64,000 bases of DNA from Octopus vulgaris (lineage: Eukaryota). The DNA is taken from positions 106,206,001 through 106,270,000 of the forward strand of contig OX597814.1 in assembly GCA_951406725.2 (NCBI GenBank), in the 5' to 3' direction. The position numbers and the translations under genes were made by a program. The notes under the pieces were generated by a model. The model did not search any database, was not told where the DNA came from, and worked only from the letters and a program-made list of their open reading frames with translations. Of this stretch, positions 1 through 13,467 are shown one piece after another. Positions within the stretch are counted from its first letter, which is position 1. Each line of letters starts with the position of its first letter.

Positions 1-1274
1 TCACCTGATCAAAATTTCCGTTAATTCAACAAAAGACGTCGTACGTGTTGCAAATCAAAATTGTTTTTTATTTCCAAATAAATTAATCGCTTAATTGTTT
101 ACTCTGCTGCAATAATTATAAATCTTCATTTCTGAATTTGGTTTGCAAGATTCTAGATGTGAACTCGTGGGACCCTTCCTAGATGTAACGAGATAATTAT
201 AAATATTATTTCAATAACCAAGGTGTCTTAGTTTAACTTTTAGTCCTATGATTCTGTCGTTAATTTATCGCCAGTGAATCGACCTCTACATTAGCCATCT
301 TGTCTATCCATCGCATATAACAATCTCTCCTTCATGGTGACACAAGGAGACGCAGATGGTGAGCTTGAACTCAAAGCCCATTCATCGGTCGTGTATCAAC
401 TATATCACTTGGCCATTTCTCAAGTTTCCCCTTCTCTTAACCAGGATTCGTTGACCGAAATAATCACCTTGTTTAACAAGTACCTTTATAATCCAGAGGG
501 AGGTCTAAGCCAAGTGCATTGACAAGAATATTTACCTGACATTATAGTTTTATCGGCACTTTAGGAACGAAAACCAAAAAGGAACTTGAACGGAATTGAA
601 CCCGCTATACAGTAGGTTAAATATGAAATACTATCAGTTATAAAAAAGCACCATTATTTTAATCCTCCCTTGCTGAACATTTTATTTCAGTCCCATATAC
701 ATATACACTACATTAACATATTATAGAATGAAAAAAAATGGAACAAATAAGAAAATCCCATTTGTATCCTATTCTTTTCTACTTGAGAGGAAATACCCGG
801 GTAGATTCGGTAGATTCCATATCCACTTCCTGAGATAAAAACGAATTGGTGTACCTTTTGTTTTTGTTTGTTTTGTTTTTTTTTTGCTTGCTTTAAATCT
901 TAATTTTCTTTTTCATATCTGAAATATGGAACCGTAGATGCTGTCATAATGGAATTTTGTAGCAGTTCATTGGATGATGCATCGCCGACAGATTGTAGGA
1001 AGGTGATGTATATTGGTGATAGCAGCAGGTTAAAAGGGCAGAATGAAGCGGAGCTGAAATTCAGATATTGGGTTTATCAGAAACCTTTAAGATTTGTTTT
1101 ATTTAATCTGTTTATGAATATTTAATGTTATCAATATTGCCTGATGATCGATTTACTTTATTTCTTGTCGTTCATCTAACAATTAATCTCAAAAGTTACC
1201 TGATTCATCATTATTTAAGAACACACCGCCACATCAAGAACACAACAATCACACACACAAGCGCGCACACATAA

Positions 1275-1306
<32 letters not shown>

Positions 1307-1518
1307 TACACAAGCGATTCCAAATACGTACCCATGTTTACTGTTGTAATAGCTGATCTCATTAAAAAAGATAAATAAAAAAAGGACGAGGTCTCAAGAA
1401 TAATGCTAAGAATGGAAACATTAGGAAAATCTGGATTGACGATTTCTTTACAAACACTAAGTTACATATTAGTATTAAACTGCTCAGTATTTTGTTTGTT
1501 GTAATGAAACATGCAATA

Positions 1519-1672
<154 letters not shown>

Positions 1673-1689
1673 GTGTATTTTTACCTTGT

Positions 1690-1941
1690 TAACAATTAAC
1701 ACGGAAATAAATAAATAGTTACCAGGATAGCAAAAATCTCATAAGTAAAGATGTTGTAACTCCTTGTTTATAAAGGTAGAAACTTCGTGTTTACGTGGAA
1801 TATTTTGAATAATATATAAATAAATGGAGTTTAACGCAGGTGTAAATCAAATATTTTTACTCTCGACACAGTGGAATTTTCGAAACATGTGTCGAAAGTA
1901 AAAATATTTGATTTACACCTGCGTTAAACTCCATTTATTTA
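1690..1941. mobile_element. Probable Penelope-like terminal fragment with fold-back
   Basis: 54-bp inverted arms 1817-1870/1888-1941 (1 mismatch); the spacer/right arm carries GAAAC-atgt-GTC, resembling the 3' half of a hammerhead. Confidence 0.5.
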
Positions 1942-2705
1942 TTCATGTCTAATTCCGAAATTTGTTGTATTCGGAATTCACTTAGATATTCCTTTGCCTG
2001 TTTTGTTACTGAGTATGATGCTTTCTTGTTTTCGTGTTTTGAGACAAGTTTTAACATCCAGTCCTCAGAGGTTTTCAGGTAGGTGTCTAGGCCAATTGTA
2101 GCAATCTTCATTGTTATTGCCAGTTGTAAAAGTCCACGGCCTCCCTCTTTTCTTGGCAGATAAAGTCGTTCTGTATCTCCCTTAGGGTGGTGCATTCTAT
2201 GCATTGCCAACAGTTTTCGTATTTTTCTGTCAAGATTACATATTTCAGTAATTGACCAGTTAACGATATTGAAATTGTAAGTCACGACTGGTATGGCTAA
2301 AGCATTGATCGCTTCGATCCTGTTTCTCGCATTCAGCTCTGTCTTGAGTATTGCTCTTACTCTGCGATGACATTCTCTCCTGATCCTTTCCTTCATCACA
2401 GAATGCCTTATTCCGTCCCCCTCAATTACCCCTAGGTACTTCTAGCTCTCCGCTGGGTCTAATTCTTTTATGACATTCTGCTGGTCAAGGTTAACGTTAG
2501 ATGTTTCTGTCATTTTTCCTTTGATAAAGGTAGCTGTTGCACATTTATCGAGGGCAAATTGCATTCTGATGTCATCACTGAATTGTTTAACAATCGCCAG
2601 TAAGCCCTTGAGTTGTTGGTTATTTTTTGCAAAGAGCTTTAAATCATCCATGTAAATGAGATGATTTATATTTTTATCAAACATTTTATATCCGTACTGC
2701 GCATC
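1935..2705 (-). pseudogene. R4/Dong-clade non-LTR retrotransposon reverse transcriptase fragment
   Basis: ORFs 2442-2684 and 1935-2399 are one frame joined across a stop: HLIYMDDLKLFAK, FALDKC, *KYLG, RLYLPRKEGGRGL; 5' junction abuts (TAA)n at 2706-2730. Confidence 0.9.
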
Positions 2706-2730
2706 TATTATTAATATTATTATTATTATT

Positions 2731-3246
2731 GTGTGAGCGAGCAGAGCATGCCATCAAAGTGACACTGGGGTAAAATATACGAAGCCCAGTATACCCATCA
2801 TGACTACCCGTCTGATAAGGGTACACCAGGCACATGCATCACAACCATATGTGCGCGACATGGTGATCTCATATCAAGATAAACAGCACATGACCTTGCA
2901 GGTGGAGCCCAGTTAGAATTTTCTTCAGATCGAGTAACCCATCCCGCTCAAAAGGTCCCTGAATAAGGGTTGTTTAAGGACGTTGAACGAAACACCCATG
3001 TTTCCAGAGGTGAATTATTCAAACCCCAAAGAATCCTTCTCAACACATGGCTATGATGCTCCCCCACTACTTCTGCTCGTGATCAGAGATGCACATATCG
3101 TCAGCCACTAAGGGACATGCTCAACTGGTTAAGGTCAAACAACTGACAAGCAAATCTGTGGTATTGAGCAGAATATTTGCTGTAGCCCATCTTTTATACC
3201 AAGACAAAACAATGTACATGATAACACTTCCAATCAGTTAAGATCA
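2731..3246 (-). mobile_element. Dispersed ~515-bp repeat, probably a retroposon 3' region (copy 1)
   Basis: Reverse-complement homolog at 33954-34413; both copies share one terminus followed by a microsatellite and differ at the other end. Confidence 0.7.
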
Positions 3247-3300
<54 letters not shown>

Positions 3301-3343
3301 CATTATTATTATTATTGTTATTATTATCATTATTATCATTATT
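3247..3343. repeat. (ATT)n microsatellite
   Basis: Directly visible. Confidence 0.95.
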
Positions 3344-3553
3344 CAGGTCACTGCCTGGAATCCAACTCGGAATCTTGGGGTTAGTAGCCCAGGTTCAAAA
3401 TTTCCCCCAAGATACCTGATGAAGGCTGGAGGGTACAACAGCCGAAACGTGTTAACAACAAACAAGAGGAGGACAAATATCCGTCAAATGTAAATAATGT
3501 AAATAATGTAAATAATATAAATAATTCCTCATCTCTTAAATATAGAACTGCAT
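3344..3553. mobile_element. Small retroelement fragment: inverted tRNA-like segment joined to a hammerhead-bearing segment
   Basis: 3344-3390 on minus reads gggctactaacccc...gagttggattcc (anticodon arm and B-box-like); 3388-3553 on plus has a second copy at 58833-58943 (-). Confidence 0.6.
3411..3455 (+). ncRNA. Minimal type I hammerhead-like motif, helix I/III probably decayed
   Basis: CTGATGA (3416-3422)-A-GGCTG[gagggtacaa]CAGCC-GAAA(3444-3447)-CG. Confidence 0.6.
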
Positions 3554-3689
3554 GGTATGGATGTTAATAATTGTAGCATCGGTTGGCATGGTTTCGTGTA
3601 TTGTATATGCAGCGGTTTCGGTTCTACTCCAGGTGGTTCTTGTGATGTTTTTGCTCTGATTTTGGTGTATGAGGCTTTGGCTTTTGTGG

Positions 3690-4265
3690 TGTTGTGGTTG
3701 TTATGTTATTGTGGTCGTTGTGGTATTTTGGTTGTTGTGGTTGTTGTGGTTGTTATGGTAGTGCGGTTGTTGTGGTATTGAGATTGTTGTGGTTGTTGTG
3801 GTTGTTATGTTGTTGTGGTATTGTGGTTGTTTTGGTTGTTATGGTATTGTGGTTGTTGTGGTATTGAGATTGTTGTGGTTGTTATGATATTCTGGTTGTT
3901 GTGGTTGTTATGGTATTTTGGTTGTTGTGGTATTTTGGTTGTTGTGGTTGTTATGGTATTTTGGTTGTTGTGGTATTGTGGTTGTTGTGGTTGTTATGGT
4001 ATTTTGGTTGTTGTGGTATTTTGGTTGTTGTGGTTGTTATGGTATTTTGGTTGTTGTGGTTGCTATAGTTTGTGGTTGTTGTGGTATTGTGTTTGTTGTT
4101 GCATTGTTGTTGTTGTGGTTGTTGTGGTTGTTATAGTATTGTGCTTATTATATTACATTGGTTGTCGTGGTTAATGTTGATTTTAGATTTTGCGGTTACA
4201 GTTGTGGTTTTATGTGTATGTTTTTTTGCAACTGTTTTTGCTGTTGTTGTTGTTGCTGCTGTGAA
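3690..4265. repeat. Degenerate GTT/GTG-rich minisatellite (tgtggttgttatggtattttggtt-like units)
   Basis: Directly visible low-complexity periodicity. Confidence 0.9.
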
Positions 4266-4499
4266 GGACTTCTTTGTATTTCCCTGTGTATGTGTTTCAA
4301 CGTCCGAAAGAGCTCGGACAGGGAGCAGCGTTTCATTTTTAATGTCATTATGATTGTACATTCTCTTCTCCATCGTTCTAATTACTTCGATGAATATCTA
4401 TCGATTTTATTAGTCGTTGACATATGGAACAGCCTCAACCTCCACCTTTACCCAACCCTTCCTATTCAAATCTCTCTCTCACAACCCCACTCTCTCCTT

Positions 4500-4501
4500 T
4501 T

Positions 4502-4541
<40 letters not shown>

Positions 4542-4773
4542 TAGTTCTCTATCATTCTCTCCCTCCCTAGCAATCTATTTCTTTATTTATCTATGTATGT
4601 ATCTATATATCTACCTATCTCTTTCTCTATCTATGTATCTGTCTGTCTGTCTCTCTCTCTTCCTCTATCTATCTATCTATCTATATACATATATATATAT
4701 ATATTTATATATATATTTATATATACACACACACACATCTGCCTGTCTGTCTGTCTATCTATCTATCTATCTG

Positions 4774-4817
<44 letters not shown>

Positions 4818-4820
4818 CAC

Positions 4821-4854
<34 letters not shown>

Positions 4855-4880
4855 TTATATATACACACACACACATCTAC

Positions 4881-4911
<31 letters not shown>

Positions 4912-4915
4912 TCTG

Positions 4916-4992
<77 letters not shown>

Positions 4993-4998
4993 ATATCT
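4500..4998. repeat. Compound (CT)n/(CTAT)n/(TA)n microsatellite with an internal ~140-bp duplication
   Basis: Block atttatatatatatttatatatacacacacacacatct(g/a)cctgtctg occurs at ~4701 and ~4841. Confidence 0.9.
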
Positions 4999-5379
4999 CC
5001 GTTTTCTATTTGTCTTCCCTATTTAATTTGTTCCACATTCAATGTTTTTTCTGTTTTTGTTTCTTCTCCAAACTGATTGGGTGTTTTTGCTATTTGTTTT
5101 TCAGCTGTTTTTGTTTCCTCATAAAATTTTTATTCAGAGAAGGTCGCCGAAAAGGTCAGAGATGGCTTCATTCTAAACATTTAAACAGGATTTTCTACAA
5201 GATCGATATATTATTTCCTAGTCTGGGCATCAGGAACACACAGAGAATTCTTATTCCATGCTATTGTTTACCAAATATTCCAGCCATATCTAAATATGGC
5301 TAATGGTTATTATTATAATTGCAGCAACAACAACAGCAACGAAAACAACTAAATAATAATAATAAAAAATAAATAAATA

Positions 5380-5440
<61 letters not shown>

Positions 5441-5456
5441 TATGGCATTAATAACA

Positions 5457-5662
5457 ACCATATTCTTAGATATGCCAATCGAAACAGCGGGAAGATTTAA
5501 GTTCTAATCAACCGGATATAGTTATCAAGGAAAACAAGAAAAGTAAATGCCTCCAGACCGATGTATCAAACCCAATAAGTGATAATGTATCTTTCTAAGA
5601 AATAGAGAAATGATATAAATATAAAGATCTGGAAATAAAGATAACCAGATTGTGGGGACCCA
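5457..5662 (+). pseudogene. R4/Dong-type restriction-like endonuclease (RLE) fragment
   Basis: Manual translation with stops: NQPDIVIKENKKSKCLQTDVSNP..DNVSF*EIEK*YKYKDLEIKITRLWG; lies just after (AAT)n 5350-5440. Confidence 0.8.
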
Positions 5663-5829
5663 AAAGCAAATTAAAATATTATTGATCGACAACAGTTTTA
5701 TCTCAGATCTTTAGATGGTTGATCTAATTCCACTTTATGAAATATGGAAGCAGATTGTTGTAATCAGGTTTAGATCTTTGTGTGACCTTGTCATTTTATC
5801 TTTTTTATCTTTTCTCGTTTGGCATTTAT

Positions 5830-6054
5830 CTTCTACGTTCTTCAGTCATTAGACTGCGGCCATGCTGGGGCACCGTTTCCAAGAGGTTTTAGCTAAATGA
5901 ATCGAATCCAACACTTATTCTTTTTAGAGCCTGGTACTTTATCGGTTTGCTTCTGTCGTATCGCTAGGTTACGGGACGTAAACATGCCAGCACCGGTTGT
6001 CAAGCGATGGTGGAAAACAGACACGATCACAAAGACACACACACACATCTATGA

Positions 6055-6088
<34 letters not shown>

Positions 6089-6250
6089 GACAGGCTTCCT
6101 TTAGTTTCCGTCAACCAAATCCACTCACAAGACTTTGGTCTTCACGTGGCTATAGTCGAAGATACTTGCCCAAGGTGTCACGCAGTGGGACTGAACCCGG
6201 AACCAAGTGGTTGAGAAACAAGCGTCTTACCGCACAGCCACGCCTACGCC
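5830..6250 (-). mobile_element. tRNA-derived SINE family A (CORE-like block, internal microsatellite)
   Basis: Minus-strand head ggcgtaggcgtggctgtgcggtaag...gggttcagtccc, then caccttgggcaag; multiple homologs in the window. Confidence 0.85.
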
Positions 6251-6280
6251 TATATTCATTTTCCTTTTTTTATTTAACAT

Positions 6281-6452
6281 AATCACTAATTGAAGTGCTG
6301 GATCGATCCCAAAATCTAATCACGAGGCCAAACATCCCTGAAAGTTTTATCCGAATCCATCCAGCAGTTATTGAGATATCTTGTCCACGAACAAACAAAT
6401 AAACAAACACGACTGAAACAATACCCCTGCCTTCGCTAAGGCGGAGGGAATA
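6281..6452. mobile_element. Helentron/HINE-like non-autonomous element end
   Basis: Homologous to 35905-36070; terminal GC hairpin ctgcctt-cgct-aaggcgg preceded by (caaa)n; family assignment is an inference. Confidence 0.55.
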
Positions 6453-6676
6453 TGTATGAAGTATTAACTTTTATGCAAACTTTGTATAGAGTTTCTTCTA
6501 TTGGTAAGCACTTACAGCTAAAATGATAACACCAATACAGTTGAAATACACCACAAATTGCTCTCAGTGTGTATATTAGAAACGATGAATGTGTGAAAAT
6601 ACCTCTAACCATCGGCCATCCTGTACTGGTTTGAAGCTAAAATTATTATCTAGATATTATTATATAATGATACAAA

Positions 6677-6925
6677 GGCGAACGGCGGGTAGAATCTTTA
6701 ACAAACCGGACAAACTGCTTTCCGGCATTTTGTCCGTCTTCGCGTTCTGAGTTTAAATTTCACCGAGGTTGACTTTGCATTTTATCCTTTCAAGTTCGAT
6801 GAAAAAAAGGTACCAGTTGAGCACTGGGGACAATAAAATGAGAACCAGAAGTTTTTACTGGGGTCAGTGTAATCGACTTACCTACTTTCCAGAAATTGCT
6901 GGCTTTGTGCCGAAATTTGAAAGCA
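6677..6925 (+). mobile_element. tRNA-derived SINE family B (Meta-domain-like), diverged
   Basis: gttctgagtttaaatttcaccgaggttgactttgcattttatcctttc...taccagttgagcactgggg. Confidence 0.75.
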
Positions 6926-7589
6926 ATATAAGATCTTGCAATCTCATTCACTATATACTTAACCCTGTGCTTTCGTTCAGTGTTTTTTTTTTCCTTGTTG
7001 ATATTAGATATCATTCTGGGGTCCACGGCAACAGAGTGCTAATCCCGCTGGATTTAATTGTACCCTCAGATGAAAGGACGGAAGAGGCTCCGAAGAGGGA
7101 AGATAACCAAGAACTAAGTGTTAGGAGAAAGCTGTCTCAACAATGAGTGGAGAACAAGGATTTTGCCAGTGTAGTTGGCTGTGGAGGGTTTCCAGGTTGT
7201 ACTCTGATTAGTGATCGCGCAGAATAAAGAGTCATCGAGAAGAATGTAGAGCAGCTGAAAAAGTGCTAAGATGGCTAAGAAGGGGGGATCAGATGCGGTT
7301 AGTAGAATACTGCCGAGGTATACTCAACCTCCTTCGATTCGCCTTGACAAGGGTGTTTGTTGTAAGACCCGAAAAATCCACTGACATCAAGAAACAACGC
7401 AACCGATGTATCCAAACATAGCATCTGGACATGGAGTTCGAACCTGCTGTTCCCAGTTCACATTATATTCATCTTCCCCTTCTTTATAGCTCATTTTTAT
7501 ATCTTCATTCTATTTTATCCCCTCAGACATTAATTTTCGTTTATTTCACTCTGTCTCTTCGATGTTCATTCTTTTTATCGTTTAAAACG

Positions 7590-7945
7590 GCGGTGTTTCG
7601 TCTGTCTTTACGTTCTGAGTTCAAATTCCGCCGAGGTCGACTTTACATTTCACCGTTTCGAGAGTCGATAAATTACATACCTATTTCTTTACTACCCACA
7701 AGGGACTATACACAAAGAGGACAAACAAGGACAAACAAACGGATTAAGTCGATTATATCGACCCCAGTGCGTAACTGGTACTTATTTAATCGACCCCGAA
7801 AGGATGAAAGGCAAAGTCGACCCCGGCGGAATTTGAACTCAGGAAGTAGCGGCAATAAATTAAATACCAGTTGCGTACTGGTGTCGATCTAATCGGCTGG
7901 ACCCCTACCCCAAAATTTCGGTACTTGGGCTTAGAGTAGAAAGAT
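7590..7945. mobile_element. SINE B (+) host interrupted by a 5'-truncated SINE B (-) at 7682-7854
   Basis: 14-bp TSD ataaatta(c/a)atacc at 7668-7681 and 7855-7868. Confidence 0.85.
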
Positions 7946-8844
7946 CCTTTTATTCTTTAACGTTTCTTCATTGTTTATTCTTGCGGGTCAATTTTTATGC
8001 TATTTTTTTACCTTATTTCTATTTCTTTTCAACTTTTCAGGCCTTGTTTCTATACTAAAAGCAATTATTACGCGCCTCGCTTCTTTCTTAGAATCCAACT
8101 TGATCTTTGTCTTATCCCCCCCTTTCCCGACCACTGTCTTATCGTTTTGTTTTTAAAACTAACCAACTCAGTATCTGTGGTAAACATCCATGACCACAAT
8201 AGCAAACAGAATGAGCAAATGAAAAAGGGCCAGAGTAAAATGCCCTGTTTTATGAGTTTTTTGTTGTTGTTTTTGCCGCTCTGAGAAATCGTTACTCGAT
8301 ATCCTAAAAGTAGAAGTTAGTCGACTTTTCCTAAACTTATTCATACCTTAAGAAAGAGCTCATTGGATACTTTAATAGCAGAAACAATGTGTAGACACAG
8401 GTCTGAGCAGGGGTAGTGGATATGATCGATTTTTGCAATTACGAGATTCTTTGTCCAATGTCCAATCGAACTGTGCGATATCTTGGATCAGTACCTTTTC
8501 TATGACATCGACTTGACCAATGGCTTGGGGATAAAATTTGGTAAATGGAAATAGTGAAGAATTCCAACCCTATTAAAGGAGGACCGTCCTGTAGAATAAA
8601 CTGAAGTCTGGAGGAGGGAAATAGTACACCGTTTCTATAATAATGGACTAAGAAAAACCTTTATGGAACGGCATGTCTTTAAAAACAATGTACATTTAAA
8701 AATGGAGGATGGTCACGGTTGGAAAACATTAATAGATCTTTCATCCGAGCAACGACAATCACGAGAGGTCTGTAAGGGATATCGCATGAGGCAAAGGTAT
8801 CATCTCTCGCTACAGACAGTCATATCAGGCAATTCGAATTAAAA

Positions 8845-8895
8845 GCAGCAGCATCAGTAGTAGTAGCAGCAGCGGCAGAAGTAGTAGTAGTAGTT

Positions 8896-8943
<48 letters not shown>

Positions 8944-9035
8944 AAAGCAGCAGTAGTAGTTGCAGCAGCAGGGACAGCAGCAGCAGCAGTAGTAGCAGCA
9001 CCAGCAACAGCAACAGGGACAGCAGCAGCAGCCGC

Positions 9036-9080
<45 letters not shown>
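8845..9080. repeat. (GCA)n/(GTA)n trinucleotide array
   Basis: Directly visible. Confidence 0.95.
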
Positions 9081-9081
<1 letters not shown>

Positions 9082-9445
9082 CTTAGAATGTCAGTGAAAT
9101 ATGAATGAAGACGACGACGACGACGACTACGATAACAGCAAAAGAGCAGCTGATGTTGACGTCATCAAAGATGGCGTTAGTGTCGGCTGTTGGAATCGAT
9201 TGTCATGTAACGATGATAATTTCTCCGTTTTTCACATCTATTCCATACACACATTTCCAACTGTACGGAGTCTTTTCTCGCTAACTTAACGTTATAAACC
9301 GTATTAAATATTTAATATTCACGCGAGAACTGTTTTCCCCTCTCCATTGCACGCCAGATAAACGGCCATTTTCCACATACATCACGTGTGTCAATGTACA
9401 TAAGATATTGCTTATCAACTAATTAGCATATTCTCTCCATTCTTT

Positions 9446-9520
9446 TTACATATGTTCCACTAAATCATTCCGATTTCGTTCCGGTTTCTCTTGTTGCTTT
9501 TGTTGTTGTTGTTGCGGTTT
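9446..9520 (-). CDS. Candidate short terminal exon of an unidentified host gene (KPQQQQQKQQEKPERNRNDLVEHM*)
   Basis: Strong minus-strand acceptor ttccatcattctcccatctttccccccacAG ending at 9521, then 24 open codons to TAA and unique sequence; no homology recognised, may be UTR or chance. Confidence 0.2.
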   Translation of the reverse strand, partial: KPQQQQQKQQEKPERNRNDLVEHM

Positions 9521-9802
9521 CTGTGGGGGGAAAGATGGGAGAATGATGGAAGCTTTCATTGGCTTTTACATTTTCCAATCATTTCTTTCAACCTTTTTTC
9601 TGTCGCTTTTTACATTCTTTTGATTCTTTTATTTTTTTATATTTTACTATTTTCAATTTCTTTATATTTTTGTCGTATTTTAATTATATATTTATGCTAC
9701 AATTTACTATATTCATTTTATTTATTTGTTTATTTTTTATATAACTAGTTTATATTTTTATAATTTTGTTATATATTTTTTCAACTCTTCTTTCTATTCA
9801 TC

Positions 9803-9866
<64 letters not shown>

Positions 9867-9978
9867 CACGTCTGTTATTTAGTTTGTTTTTGGTTTGATT
9901 TCCTTCAGCTTTTATTTTTCTTCTTTCTAGCTTTCATTTTCTTCACACTTTTCTTAGAACTGTACTCATAAATTTTAC

Positions 9979-10096
<118 letters not shown>

Positions 10097-11996
10097 ACAT
10101 ATGTCAGTCTGTATATCTATCTGCCTAACTACCTACCCCTATCCCCATATATATAATCTAACTTACCAAACTAAAGCCACTTTTTTCTTTATCTTTGAAT
10201 TTCTTCTCCATGTTTTTACTTTCTTTGTTCTTCTATATTTATTTGAAGACATTTTGTTATTTTTCTTATTTATTTTATGCATATTCTAAACTCTATGTAA
10301 ATGTGAAATAATTGTTAATGCCACACACACAAAAAAACACTTATACGCACGCGCACACATATATACACACACACATAGACCGAGCAACCGATGTATAATG
10401 AAAATAAATGATGATAGACAAGAACACATGTATATCACATATACGGGGGAATAAATCATATAACCACTTGTTCGAGCAAGGAAACACACACACACACATA
10501 CACACACACGTTCGAACATACATTCGCATAGAAGCACATACACATAAATACACAGGACAGTAAACGCGCCCATATACACAAACACTTATGCTGACTGCCG
10601 TAGACTATTCTCAAGACATGAAGCCACAAAAGCCTTCATTTTCAGAGTCTACAAGAGCAGGTTCGTTACCGGGTCAGTCTTCCTTGGGCAAATGCCTTCT
10701 GCCTGTGCTTTGTGCTGACCTAAGTATTGTGAGTAAAATTTGGTACACAGAATCTCTGTGAAAACAATTCCTGTTTCCGGGTGATTAGTCGGTGCCTTTG
10801 ACTGAGACGATTCTGTTGGAAGCTTTCAGGTCCAAGGACAAATTCTTATTTCAAACACCCTAACCCCTAAACATACACTTCCCCTGCAGCTCTTGGTGTG
10901 TATCACTGCGTTCCCTTCCTCCTCTAAATAATCCCACTAAAGGGATCTACAAGCGATTAACACTTGAAACAATAATCTAATGGAATTATGATCATTTTGA
11001 ATGTTTTTGCCCTTGCATACTGTAAGGAACTGTGCCTCCCCTTTACCTTAATGAAATTATTATTTGCAACCGGATGTGCCATGTGCTGAATGTCATGAGG
11101 TGAAGTTTAAGGAGCAACCCTTAAAAGAGGCATTTGCTTAACATTTTGCCGTATTGAAATAGCGAGAAATGCAACAAAAAAAAGGACGGGAGAGTCATGG
11201 CTGGATCTAAACTATAATTTAGAGACGATGTATGGAACTTAAGAGGCAACATTAGAGGCAACAAGCTTTTCAGCCATAATTAGAAAAGGTTACATAGAGA
11301 CCTTATCTGGGATATCCTCGATTGGACAACCTTTAGGAATTTTTCAACAATGTGCTATACAGATGTCGATCTTGAATTTCTTACCAAGCAACAATTGACG
11401 GCCATTAACCACCATCGAGGAAGCAAATGAGGAGAACAGAAATAAAAATGAGAAGAAATTGTCTATACTGTTGTTGCTGTATGTATGTATGTATGTATGT
11501 ATGTACACAAACTCACTCACACACTCACGCATACACACACATACACATACAAACATATAAACGTACGTGCCTGCGTGGGTCGGAATCGAACACTGTAATC
11601 GTATGGCCATGCTTTTATGAGTGTGTGTATCTGTGTAGATATGTGTGTGTGTGTGTTTGTGTGTGTATGTATGCGTTTACGTTGGAACATACACAACAAT
11701 ATCGATAATTTTATCGCATTTTTTCTTTTCTTGTCTCCTTCTTTAGTTCCTTAGTGCGTACATTCATGCATTTACATACACATTCACACTAACATATACG
11801 CTCATATGCTGTTACTTGTTACCAATCAACTGTACAACGCATGTACACATGCAAACATAAACATACACAGATACAGAGACGCAGGAACATACCCAGAATT
11901 CCCGTACACAAATACTGACACATACACATACGTATACATATAAACGCTTGCACGGCAATACATTCACTAATATGTGCGGACTTATATACACCAATT

Positions 11997-12031
<35 letters not shown>

Positions 12032-12094
12032 GGAGGGGGGAGTAGTGTATAGATTTATAGATAGAAAGATGGATAGATACATATACATATAAGT

Positions 12095-12174
<80 letters not shown>

Positions 12175-12263
12175 GCAGACAGACAGATACATACATGCTT
12201 ACATAAATACATTTATACATATGTACGTACGAACGTACATACATACATACATACATACATACA

Positions 12264-12294
<31 letters not shown>

Positions 12295-12488
12295 GTGTAG
12301 ACAAATGTGTACGTCTCTTCGCCCGACCCACAAATAAACACACTCACATACAGACACACACACATACGTGCACGACTTTATGCTCATACACATATACATA
12401 ATATGTATGCGTAGACATATGCATACAACATACACACACACGTATATACATATATATACATACATATACATATATATACATACATACA

Positions 12489-12534
<46 letters not shown>

Positions 12535-12887
12535 CGACATACCCATGAACAAATGACAGCATATGCGCATGGATATATGCATATATTCAATTCAAGAGTT
12601 TAATACACACACATCCGTATATGTGTCCATGTACGTGTGTGTGTGTGTGTGTGTGTATGTGCAGATAGCAGAGCCATTTAATAAAGTCATATTGATGAGA
12701 CGTATCCGGTTATGCAAATTAATAATAAATCTCGCCGTTTCTCATTTCTTAATAACGTTTCAGCGTGAGTCATTGTATGTGGCGGTGTTTTGTGGTTTGC
12801 ATCAGAACGGCGGTAATCAATACATGCATACACACACGCACACACAGATACACACAGATTTATAAAAACACAAATGCACTCAGATAT

Positions 12888-12926
<39 letters not shown>

Positions 12927-13045
12927 AACACACACACACAAATACAAACACTGACACCAGTTATGCATCGTTCTACGTGCAACACAAATGATTTGTTGAG
13001 ATACTTAACGGAACACAAAATACGAACAAGGATAGATTTCTTTAT

Positions 13046-13467
13046 CTATTTCTTTATTGCCCACAAGGGGGCTAAACATAGAGGGGACAAACAAGGGCAG
13101 ACAAACGGATTAAGTCGGTTACATTAACATTAGTGCGTAACTGGTACTTATCTAATCGACCCTGAAGGGATGAAAAGCAAAGTCGACCTCGGCAGAATTT
13201 GAACGTAGAACGTAAAGGCAGACGAAATACTTATTTCTTTACTACCTACAAGGGGCTAAACAAAGAGAGAACAAACAAGGACAGACAAACGGATTAAGTC
13301 GATTACATCGACCCCAGTGCGTAACTGGTACTTATTTAATCTACCCCGAAAGGATGAAAGACAAAGTCGACCTCGGCGGAATTTGAACTCAGAACGTAGC
13401 TGCAGGCGAAATACCGCTAAGCATTTCGCCCGGCGTGCTCACGTTTCTGCCAGCTGGTCGCCCTTTA
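13046..13467 (-). mobile_element. SINE B, full copy plus partial tandem copy
   Basis: Head ggcgaccagctggcagaaacg at the right end; tandem junction ~13230; 15-bp TSD gatagatttctttat at 13031-13045 and 13468-13482. Confidence 0.9.

Noticed and set aside
3815-5303. Overlapping hydrophobic or YLSI-rich ORFs
   Set aside because: Products of the GTT minisatellite and (CTAT)n/(TA)n; the same applies to all YI/VC/HT-repeat ORFs in the track
7000-7430. Possible degenerate CR1/Jockey 3' end on minus
   Set aside because: Only faint peptide hints (LIPP, VIFP)
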